This document shows, piece after piece, positions 1 through 7,805 of a DNA stretch of 21,188 bases. Positions within the stretch are counted from its first letter, which is position 1. Each line of letters begins with the position of its first letter. The translations under genes were made by a program, and so were the position numbers. Location: the IMG/VR virus record IMGVR_UViG_3300008107_000202, one strand, 5' to 3'. The notes beneath the pieces were generated by a model, which saw only the letters and a program-made list of their open reading frames with translations, was not told the origin of the DNA and ran no database searches. The DNA comes from a virus. Its lineage: Duplodnaviria > Heunggongvirae > Uroviricota > Caudoviricetes.

Positions 1-618
1 GAAGAATGGTACAGTGATGTTCCTGCTTCTGAAGTGTTCACAGGTCTGAAGGTTAACACAGCGAGCATGGCTCTACCGGCTACAGGTCTTGTGACTTGTG
101 ACTTCGGTTTCACGGGTCGTGATCTTGCGCAAACTGGTGCTACGCAATATTTCACTTCACCGACTGCACAGGGTACTTCTGGTATCTTCGCTTCGGTTTC
201 AGGTGTAATGCTGGTTAACGGTGCTCCTGTTGCTCTGCTGACAAGTCTGAACATCAACATCAACCGTAACCTGCAAAACGCAACGGTTGTTGGTTCAAAC
301 AGTATCGCTGAACTTTTCGAAGGTCGTGTAGCTGTAGATGGTGACTTCTCTGCTTACTTTGAGAACTCAACTTTCCGTGATCTGTTCGTTAACGAAACTG
401 AAGTGTCGCTAATCGCTATCCTTTCAACGGGATCAGCCGGTAACGCTGACTTCATGACGATTGTTCTGCCTCGCGTAAAAGTGAACAGTAACACTCGTGA
501 CGACGGTGAACAAGGTATCACTGCACAGCACAGCTTCATGGCTCTGTTGAATGCTGCTGGTGGTGCTGGTCAAGCTACTGAAAGAACTACGATCAGTATT
601 CAAGACTCTCTAGCTTAA
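1..618 (+). CDS. Major tail (tail tube) protein, 5'-truncated by the window edge
   Basis: Frame 1 is open from base 1 (EEWYSDVPASEVFTGLKVN...), so the GTG at 34 is internal. The Thr/Ser/Gly-rich, beta-strand-like sequence (VTCDFGFTG, GRVAVDGDFSAYFEN, IVLPRVKVNS) resembles phage tail tube proteins. It lies directly upstream of the chaperone and tape measure genes. Confidence 0.85.
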   Translation, partial: EEWYSDVPASEVFTGLKVNTASMALPATGLVTCDFGFTGRDLAQTGATQYFTSPTAQGTSGIFASVSGVMLVNGAPVALLTSLNININRNLQNATVVGSNSIAELFEGRVAVDGDFSAYFENSTFRDLFVNETEVSLIAILSTGSAGNADFMTIVLPRVKVNSNTRDDGEQGITAQHSFMALLNAAGGAGQATERTTISIQDSLA

Positions 619-630
619 TTGATAGAATCG

Positions 631-664
631 AAAGCCCCGGCCTTAGTGTCGGGGTTTTTCTTTT
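631..664 (+). terminator. Rho-independent terminator after the tail tube gene
   Basis: Stem GCCCCGGC (634-641) / GTCGGGGT (648-655) with G-U pairs and a 6-nt loop, followed by TTTTCTTTT and preceded by AAA. Confidence 0.85.
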
Positions 665-672
665 GTGTAGTA

Positions 673-702
673 TTGACAAATCGGCAATCTACATGATATA
701 AT
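673..702 (+). promoter_or_regulatory. Sigma70-type promoter upstream of the tail chaperone gene
   Basis: TTGACA (673-678), 18-nt spacer, TATAAT (697-702), plus extended -10 TG at 694-695. Both hexamers are perfect consensus. Confidence 0.85.
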
Positions 703-756
703 GCGAATCTCAAACGAGATAAAACTATTCTTAACAATAAACAAAGGAGTTTACAA

Positions 757-1164
757 ATGCTTGATCTAGCAAAAACAAACATTGCAGAAGCAGCCGAAGC
801 TGGTGCGGAATTCGAACTATTGATCCCGAAGTCAAACACACCTACTGGTGCGTTCATTAAAGTTCGTGGACCTGAATCAAAGACTGTGAGGGACTATGCT
901 CGAAAGACTTATGCTGAAATGCAGGCTCGTGATTCTGTTGCTAGAAAGCGTGGTAAAGAACCCGAGACAATCACAATCGAAGAAGCCGAAACAATGGCAA
1001 TCAATTCGGCTGTGGTCCGAGTGATTAGCTGGCGTGGTATCACCGACAACGGTAAGGACGTAGAATTTACCGCAGAAGCTGCTCGTGAAGTCTTCCGTAA
1101 GCATCCTTGGATTCGTGATCAAGTAATGGAGGAAAGCGACAGCATCCTCTACTTTCAACCCTGA
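757..1164 (+). CDS. Tail assembly chaperone (lambda gpG-like), 135 aa
   Basis: RBS AAGGAG upstream. Position between tail tube and tape measure. Typical chaperone features (FIKVRGPES, RVISWRGI, PWIRDQV). Ends TAC TTT CAA CCC TGA. Confidence 0.85.
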   Translation: MLDLAKTNIAEAAEAGAEFELLIPKSNTPTGAFIKVRGPESKTVRDYARKTYAEMQARDSVARKRGKEPETITIEEAETMAINSAVVRVISWRGITDNGKDVEFTAEAAREVFRKHPWIRDQVMEESDSILYFQP

Positions 1165-1552
1165 AGATATTGAACAGACCATCGAATATGCCAAGCAAGA
1201 GTTTACACTCAACACAAGGTCTGCTGATGGTTCTACAACCAGGGATAAACTTCAGTCTGTAGAGAGAATGACAGGTGTAGTTCCTAAAGAGCTACAGAAT
1301 CTTATAGAATTACCTGACAGTTGTCGTGATGTGTGGGTGTGGTTCCTTGAGCTACACAACAACAGATCAAGTAATGGATTCACCGACAACCCGATTTCAT
1401 TCTCTGACATGCATGCTTACTTTAGATTAATCGATGTTACACCTAGACGATGGGAAGTTGATCTGATTCGACTGCTCGATGGTGCAATCATGGACTTCAT
1501 GAGAAAGCAGCAAGAAAAACAGATGAAGAAAAACACTAAGCCTTCCAAGTGA
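1160..1552 (+). CDS. Tail assembly chaperone T segment, probably expressed as a G-T fusion (~264 aa) by a +1 frameshift
   Basis: The frame of the 1268..1552 ORF is open back to 1127 and reads PEDIEQTIEYAKQEFTLNTRSADGSTTRDKLQSVERMTG... across the G stop. The W-x-W-F-x-E-L and I-S-F-S-D-M-x-A-Y patterns resemble gpT-like chaperone halves. The ATG at 1268 lacks a clear RBS. Confidence 0.75.
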   Translation, partial: PEDIEQTIEYAKQEFTLNTRSADGSTTRDKLQSVERMTGVVPKELQNLIELPDSCRDVWVWFLELHNNRSSNGFTDNPISFSDMHAYFRLIDVTPRRWEVDLIRLLDGAIMDFMRKQQEKQMKKNTKPSK

Positions 1553-1566
1553 AGGCTTTTCTTGTT
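1538..1566 (+). terminator. Terminator-like hairpin overlapping the T stop codon
   Basis: Perfect 8-bp stem AAGCCTTC (1538-1545) / GAAGGCTT (1551-1558), loop CAAGT, followed by TTCTTGTT. Confidence 0.7.
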
Positions 1567-1617
1567 GGCTAAACGGCTTACAAGCAAAGCTTTTATTTAC
1601 GACAACCGGAGAACATT

Positions 1618-4600
1618 ATGTCTCTTGATCTAGCTACACTGAAAATTGGTGTCGATGTTAGTGCAGTTAAGTCTGCTATCGCTGACATCAACAAACTAGG
1701 AGAAGCCCTTGGTGGGCTGGCTAAGCCGTTGGCGGGTGTCGCTAAGTCTACTCAACAAGTAGAAAAGGTTGCTGATGAAACCAAGAAAGCTAGCGACAAG
1801 ATCAAGAAGGCTAACGATGATACTGAAGCTTCTGGTTCTAAAGCTGCTCGTGCTGTTGAGAAGCAAGTAACAACACTGAAGGTAATGCGTAACCAAACTA
1901 TCGACACTGCTGATGGCATGTTGAAGCTTGGTGACAGTTTCACAAAGGGTCAGTCTTCACAATTGGCTGCTGCCAAACTGATGGGTGCTACCACTGCTGA
2001 ACTAAAAGAGTTGGCTAAAGCATTCCAAGACATGAACAAGATCACTGGTGTCAATCCGTTTGACAAATCAGTTGGTCACATGAAGGCATTACAGCAGGAA
2101 GTCAAAGAGCTTGAGAACATCAACAAGCTAATGGCTTCAGGTCTGAACCTTAGTCAAAAAGAAGTTGCAGGTCTGTCTCGTGATATCGTAAGACTTACAG
2201 AAGCAATGAAAGCTGAAGGTTCATCAGTCAAGCAGATCAACGCTGAAATCGAAAAGCTAACGAAGAACACAATCGAGCTTTCAAGAGCTAAGGCCAAGGA
2301 AGAGCTTCAAGTAAAAGCGATGGAAGAACTCCGTCGCCAGGAAGCCAAAGCTGCTCTGGAAGCAGAGAATGAAAAAGCTACTGCTATCGCAAAGACAAAT
2401 GCTTTGATGAAAAAGCAGGAAGAACTGCTAAAGCAACAAGCATTCAAATCTCAGTACCTGAACGAAGGATTCAGTCCTAATGTTGCGAACCAAGGTGCTT
2501 CACTTCGCATGCAAGGTCTTACAGATGACCAAGCTCGTGTGATCCTGAACAACGCATCTGCGCTTGAAAAACAACGTCGTGCTTCTATGGAATCGGCTAA
2601 GGCTACTCAGTACCTAGTTGACCTAGAACAAAGACTTAACACTTATTTCAACGAGAGCAGCAACACAATTAACCAGCGTTATACTGATGCTCTGGCTAAA
2701 CTGCGTAGAAACATCGAACGCTCTGGTCTTTCTGCTGAAGCAGCCAAGAAGAAATACGATGAACTTTCTGTTGGCATCAAGAAAGTAGCTGAAGCTGAGA
2801 ATAAAAGAAATGCTGATAACCTAGCTCGTGCAGTCTCTGTGCAGATGGGTGACGTTGGTATTTCACTTGCATCAGGTCAAAACCCTTTCATTGTTATGAT
2901 TCAACAGGGTGACCAAATTCGTGCTGCAATTCAGCAAGCTAACCTTGATGCTAAAGAATTGTCGAAGACAATGGGTCTAGCTGCAAAGCAGATCGCCTCG
3001 TCATTCCGTGATGCTTCGATTGCTATTGGTGGTTTCTTCAAGGGTGCGATTGTATCATCAGGCGATGCTGTTATCAATTTCTTTGCTTCTATCGTTGGTA
3101 GGTCTGACGAATTGAAACAAATGAGAGTAGCGATGGAATCCGCTGACAAAGCGGGTCAAGGTCTATACGCTTCACTGCTCAGAATTGCAACCCTAGGTTT
3201 TGGTACGATTGTATTCGGCATCGCTGCTGCTCTGGTGGCTATTCCAATCGGTATGATCCAAGCCATTCGTGAAAACGACAGGTTTGTTCGATCAATGGCT
3301 CTGACAAATGGTGCTCTAGGTATTACGACAACGCAAGGTTTTGCTGCTGCTACTGCCCTGGAAAACATGGGCTTCTCAGCAGGTAAATCCATTGAAGTAA
3401 TGCAAGAAATGGGTAAAGAGGGTGACCTTACAGCAACTCAGATCAATATGGTAGCTAAAGCTGCTATTGAGCTTGAGAAGTACGGTGGTGTTGCCATCGA
3501 GAAAACTGTTAAGACTTTCAGTGACCTTCAGAAAGACCCGGTAGATGCACTGGTAAAACTTGCTCGCACTACGGGCATGGTGAACATTGAAACAATTCAG
3601 CAGATCGAACAACTGCAAAGACTTGGTTACGAGTACGAAGCTGGTCAAAGAGCAGTGCTTGAGTACGAAAGAATCACGAGAGAACAAGTTGCTACAATCA
3701 AAGATGAACTGAGCGGACTTGGTTTGTTCTGGGCTGATATCACCAAAATGATGGGTGATGCATGGGACAGCTTCATTAAAGGTCTTACACGTAAAGATGG
3801 TGGGGATGCAACAGGCGCACTTAAGCGAATGGTTGATGAAGCACAGGATCGTGTTGATGATATTCAATCCAATCTGAGACAGTCAGCTTGGTTCGGGATC
3901 AAGACTGATGATAGACTTCTGAAACAAGCACAGGAAAGATTGAATGTTCTGAGAACAGAACTTCGTGCGAGACAACAAGCTGCTGAGTCAATGAAACTCC
4001 AAGCTGAGTATTCAAAACAGCAAAGAGACTTGGACGAAGGCGCACTGAAGCTTATTCAAGCCAACATGTCAGAACGAGAACGTTTGGTTGCAAGTATCAG
4101 AAAGAACAGTGTATTAGCTAGTCAAACTGCAAACCCTGAATCTCGTAGTGGTTATCTAGATGCTGTTGCTAAAGACATGGAAAGGCTTCGTAAACTTGAT
4201 GAAGTTCAGGTAACAAAGACCAGAGAAAACAATGACGCCGAAAAAGATCGCATCAAAACCTTGGCGGTTCTTGAGAAGTATTTCCTGAAGTCAGAAGACT
4301 ACCTTCCGACTTACAGTGAAAACTATAGAAGAATCATTGAAGCTGGACTTGAGTTTGGAGAAAGCACAGAGAATGTAAACGCTGCACTTCGTGCATTGGC
4401 AGCAGAACAACCTAAGAATATCAGAATCAACAGGGAGTACACTGCTTCTCAAGCTGAATTGAAGCGCGAGCATGAAGCTGTATTGCGTGCTCAACAGAGT
4501 CTATCTGAAGAGAGCGAAAAGCTTAACATGCAAGTCGCTGATTCGATTACTCAAGTTGAAATTGAAGCTTCATTGATTGGTAAAACCAACGAAGAAAAAG

Positions 4601-6831
4601 ACAAGACGATTAAGCTTCTGAAGATTGAAGCTGAATACAGAAAAGAAATCGCTGATATCCAGAGAAAGTTACCTCGTGGTGGTGCTGAAGCTGAAGAACT
4701 TCAAGATGATGCACTGCGTCGTCGTGCAGATAGAATCAGAGTAGTAATGGGTGATGCTTCAAATAAAGCTGCTGAAGACTACCTGAAGAAACTGCAAGAA
4801 ATCAGCAAGTCTATCTCGGATGTTATCGCTACTGCCATTATTGACGGTGGTGGTGCAGCCAAGAAAAAACTTCGTGATCTGATCGTAAACGCTCTTCGTC
4901 AGAGAATTACTCTTCAGATTGATGCTTTCATTAATCCTATTGTCAATTCGTTTGCGAATGCAATGATGGGCGGCCCTGCTGGTGCTGCCGCTGCTGGTGC
5001 GTCAGGAGGTCTTTCTGCTGGTGCAGGTATTGGTATCGGTGCTGCAATTGGTAAATTTGCCGCTGCTCCAATTACGTTGGGAAGTGTCACATTACCGAGT
5101 CTTGCTACAATGGGACCATACGCACTTGCTGCACTTGCTGCATACAAAGTCGGTGGTAAGTTCTACGATCAGGGTTTCAATAAGATTGGCGCACGACAAC
5201 TTCAAGACGACCTTGGTCCACTTGGAGGTATTGGTGCAGGTCTGAGTGCTGATGTTACGAATGCACTGACTAAGTTAGGTATCAGTGATAAACTTGCAAA
5301 CATTCTGAGTGGATCAACTGTAATTTCAAAACTGTTCGGTAGAAGTCAAGCTAAGGTTGATCAATCAGGTATCTCGGGTACATTCACGGGTACAGGTGCA
5401 AGCAATCTTGTTTCATACACTGACTTGTTCCAAAAAGGTGGTGTGTTCAGAAGCGACAAGCGTTCTACTAACATTTCTGCACTAGACGAAGGTCTACGTA
5501 GTGGCATCGAAGCTCAGTATCTCACTGTAAAGAACTCTGTCGAAGAAATGGCGGGTGTTCTTGGTATCGGTACAGAAGCAATTTCATCCTTCAGCTACAA
5601 CATGAGACTGAACCTGAATGGTTTGTCAAATGAAGACGCTGCTCAAGCTATTGCTGATGAATTCAAACGAATCAGTGATGCAATGGTCAGTTCGATTGTT
5701 AACCTGACAGAGTTCCAGAGATATGGTGAAACAGCAAGTGACACCATCTCAAGAATGTCAAGCACACTTGGGCAAATGAATGAAGCGTTCAAACTTCTAG
5801 GTTGGAATGTTTATCAGTCCAGTGTATCAGGCTTTAAAGCTGCTGATAGTTTTGTTCAACTGTTCGGTAGTCTAGATCAGGCAACTGAAGCTCTTTCTGT
5901 GTACTACGACAAGTTCTACAGTGCTCAAGAGAAGAATGCTAACGTAACTGAAGTTCTACGTAAAGAGTTTGAGAAGTTCGGTGTTGCAATGCCTGACAGT
6001 ATCCTGAACTTCAGGAAGCTAGTCGACGAGATTAAGGCATCGGGTGATCAAAAGCTTTTGGCTGACTTGATCAGTGTGTCAGGTGCGTTCTCTCAAATGA
6101 TTGAATTCCAAGCTGACAGCATGTCGGATTACACTAACTTGCAAAGACAGATTCTGGAACTGCAAGGTGATACGGTTACTCTTCGTGAGATGGAACTCAA
6201 GACTCTTGATGCAACTGCTGCTGCACTGCAAAAGCAGGTATGGGCACTAGAAGACGCCAAGAAGGCACAGGAAGATTACACCAAGTTTGTTGATCAATAT
6301 ACGTCTCGTGGAGCAAAGCTTCGTGAGTTCGTTACAGGTAGACAGACTGAGGACACATCATTCTCTGCCATCCTATCGATGGCTGGCAACGGTGATCTTT
6401 CTGCGATTGACAAGATCGAAGGTGCTGCACTTAGAGAAATCGAAAAGGCAAGAAGTAACGCTGTAACACTACAGGAAGCTCAGACTCAGGAGCAAATCAT
6501 CCTTGCGCAAGTAATGGAGTTTGCTGAGAAGCTTGAGAAGTTCAGTGGAAGTTCAATGGAACAACTTGTGCTTGAGACGCAGAAGAGTTCAGTTGAAGCT
6601 ACGGTAAAGAATACTGAAGCTTTGAATCTTCTGAATCAAAGACTGCTGACTAACACAGGAACTCTTCCTTCACTGACTACGGGTACAACCGCAGAAGGTG
6701 ATCTTAGTCTGCAGAGTCGAATCGATCTACTCGAAGTTAATACCAAGACTACTGCTTTGCATCTTGCAAAACTTGTCCGAATCTTCGAAAGACTTACACC
6801 TGATGGTGATAGCCTAGTTGTTAGCACATAA
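1618..6831 (+). CDS. Tail tape measure protein, 1737 aa
   Basis: Very long Ala/Glu/Lys/Gln-rich helical ORF after the chaperones. Contains the lambdoid tape-measure motif QMGDVGISLASGQNPFIVMIQQGDQI and two hydrophobic Gly/Ala-rich segments (IATLGFGTIVFGIAAALVAIPIG; GAGIGIGAAIG...YALAALAAY). RBS GGAG. Confidence 0.95.
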   Translation: MSLDLATLKIGVDVSAVKSAIADINKLGEALGGLAKPLAGVAKSTQQVEKVADETKKASDKIKKANDDTEASGSKAARAVEKQVTTLKVMRNQTIDTADGMLKLGDSFTKGQSSQLAAAKLMGATTAELKELAKAFQDMNKITGVNPFDKSVGHMKALQQEVKELENINKLMASGLNLSQKEVAGLSRDIVRLTEAMKAEGSSVKQINAEIEKLTKNTIELSRAKAKEELQVKAMEELRRQEAKAALEAENEKATAIAKTNALMKKQEELLKQQAFKSQYLNEGFSPNVANQGASLRMQGLTDDQARVILNNASALEKQRRASMESAKATQYLVDLEQRLNTYFNESSNTINQRYTDALAKLRRNIERSGLSAEAAKKKYDELSVGIKKVAEAENKRNADNLARAVSVQMGDVGISLASGQNPFIVMIQQGDQIRAAIQQANLDAKELSKTMGLAAKQIASSFRDASIAIGGFFKGAIVSSGDAVINFFASIVGRSDELKQMRVAMESADKAGQGLYASLLRIATLGFGTIVFGIAAALVAIPIGMIQAIRENDRFVRSMALTNGALGITTTQGFAAATALENMGFSAGKSIEVMQEMGKEGDLTATQINMVAKAAIELEKYGGVAIEKTVKTFSDLQKDPVDALVKLARTTGMVNIETIQQIEQLQRLGYEYEAGQRAVLEYERITREQVATIKDELSGLGLFWADITKMMGDAWDSFIKGLTRKDGGDATGALKRMVDEAQDRVDDIQSNLRQSAWFGIKTDDRLLKQAQERLNVLRTELRARQQAAESMKLQAEYSKQQRDLDEGALKLIQANMSERERLVASIRKNSVLASQTANPESRSGYLDAVAKDMERLRKLDEVQVTKTRENNDAEKDRIKTLAVLEKYFLKSEDYLPTYSENYRRIIEAGLEFGESTENVNAALRALAAEQPKNIRINREYTASQAELKREHEAVLRAQQSLSEESEKLNMQVADSITQVEIEASLIGKTNEEKDKTIKLLKIEAEYRKEIADIQRKLPRGGAEAEELQDDALRRRADRIRVVMGDASNKAAEDYLKKLQEISKSISDVIATAIIDGGGAAKKKLRDLIVNALRQRITLQIDAFINPIVNSFANAMMGGPAGAAAAGASGGLSAGAGIGIGAAIGKFAAAPITLGSVTLPSLATMGPYALAALAAYKVGGKFYDQGFNKIGARQLQDDLGPLGGIGAGLSADVTNALTKLGISDKLANILSGSTVISKLFGRSQAKVDQSGISGTFTGTGASNLVSYTDLFQKGGVFRSDKRSTNISALDEGLRSGIEAQYLTVKNSVEEMAGVLGIGTEAISSFSYNMRLNLNGLSNEDAAQAIADEFKRISDAMVSSIVNLTEFQRYGETASDTISRMSSTLGQMNEAFKLLGWNVYQSSVSGFKAADSFVQLFGSLDQATEALSVYYDKFYSAQEKNANVTEVLRKEFEKFGVAMPDSILNFRKLVDEIKASGDQKLLADLISVSGAFSQMIEFQADSMSDYTNLQRQILELQGDTVTLREMELKTLDATAAALQKQVWALEDAKKAQEDYTKFVDQYTSRGAKLREFVTGRQTEDTSFSAILSMAGNGDLSAIDKIEGAALREIEKARSNAVTLQEAQTQEQIILAQVMEFAEKLEKFSGSSMEQLVLETQKSSVEATVKNTEALNLLNQRLLTNTGTLPSLTTGTTAEGDLSLQSRIDLLEVNTKTTALHLAKLVRIFERLTPDGDSLVVST

Positions 6832-6833
6832 CA

Positions 6834-6859
6834 GAGCGGCCCGATTCATCGGGTCGTTC
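6834..6859 (+). other. Strong intergenic stem-loop after the tape measure gene (no U-tract)
   Basis: GAGCGGCCCGAT / ATCGGGTCGTTC inverted repeat with G-U pairs. It may be a stability/processing element or a weak terminator. Confidence 0.45.
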
Positions 6860-6875
6860 CTCATGGAAAGTAAAC

Positions 6876-7796
6876 ATGAAAGTAGTAAAACCTAGAACTG
6901 TGTTGCCTTCCAACGTGAGTGCAACTAATCTACTAAACACAAACAGTATTTGGTCAAACGTTACAGCTTACACAGTGGGTCAACTGGTGGATGTAACGAA
7001 TGATTTCTATACGTACCAATGCATCCAGGCGAACACTAACCAGAATCCCTACAATGGAACAACGGTTAACTCTGCTTACTGGAGACGCTATTCTTTCAAC
7101 AACAAGTTCGCTGCTTTCGATCAACAAGTTTCAACTGGATCGGTAAGTCAGAACACATTCATTACAAACACTGTAACGTTCACAATTGACATGACCGAAG
7201 GGTTCGACACTGTAGCCTTTTTTGGGTTAAAGGGAAAGTCAATTCAGGTAACAGTTACAGGATCATCTGTATCATACAGTAAGACAATTCTACTTGATGA
7301 CGTATTGATCACTGACTGGTACGAATATTTCTTCAGTGAAAACATTGAGAACTCCGAAGCTATCTTCAACGATATTCCTTTTGTTCTTGGTCCAAGTACG
7401 ATCAACATCACAATTTGGAGTAGAGACAATCAGACTGCTGAAGTTGGTACGATTGTAGTAGGTACACAATACTTCCTTGGACATACTCCATATGGAACAA
7501 GTGTAGGCATCATCGACTACTCAAAGAAAGAAACTGACGAATTCGGAAACACTTCATTCGTTAAACGAGCATTCAGTAAGAGAGTAAGTTCTCCAATTGA
7601 AGTCATTGCAGGTAACGTTGCAAAGACTCAGCGAATTCTTTCTGACCTAAGAGCTACACCTTGTGTGTGGATCGGTGACGAGTCTGACACTTACAGGACA
7701 GCACTTACGGTTTATGGTTTCTACAGAGACTTTAGTATTTCAATTCAGTACCCGTCTTATTCGATTTGCGAACTAGAGATTGAGGGTCTAACATAA
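6876..7796 (+). CDS. Tail tip protein (distal-tail-like position) with an N-terminal carbohydrate-binding-like motif, 306 aa
   Basis: First gene after the tape measure. Beta-rich. WSNVTAYTVGQLV...YQCIQANTNQNP...YW motif. C-terminal DYSKKETDEFGNTSFVKRAFSKR...LRATPCVWIG pattern that I recognise from siphovirus tail genes. Confidence 0.7.
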   Translation: MKVVKPRTVLPSNVSATNLLNTNSIWSNVTAYTVGQLVDVTNDFYTYQCIQANTNQNPYNGTTVNSAYWRRYSFNNKFAAFDQQVSTGSVSQNTFITNTVTFTIDMTEGFDTVAFFGLKGKSIQVTVTGSSVSYSKTILLDDVLITDWYEYFFSENIENSEAIFNDIPFVLGPSTINITIWSRDNQTAEVGTIVVGTQYFLGHTPYGTSVGIIDYSKKETDEFGNTSFVKRAFSKRVSSPIEVIAGNVAKTQRILSDLRATPCVWIGDESDTYRTALTVYGFYRDFSISIQYPSYSICELEIEGLT

Positions 7797-7805
7797 GGAT
7801 CAACT

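Noticed and set aside
1120-1164. Lambda-type -1 slippery heptamer at the end of chaperone G
   Set aside because: GAGGAAAG is not an X XXY YYZ heptamer in frame, and the -1 frame stops at 1260-1262 without reaching T.
354-6827. Numerous short antisense or alternate-frame ORFs over the tail tube, chaperone and tape measure genes (e.g. 615..857, 877..1215, 3376..3867, 4982..5245)
   Set aside because: They are shadows of strongly biased coding genes, with no RBS or motif. 615..857 would also run across a terminator and promoter.
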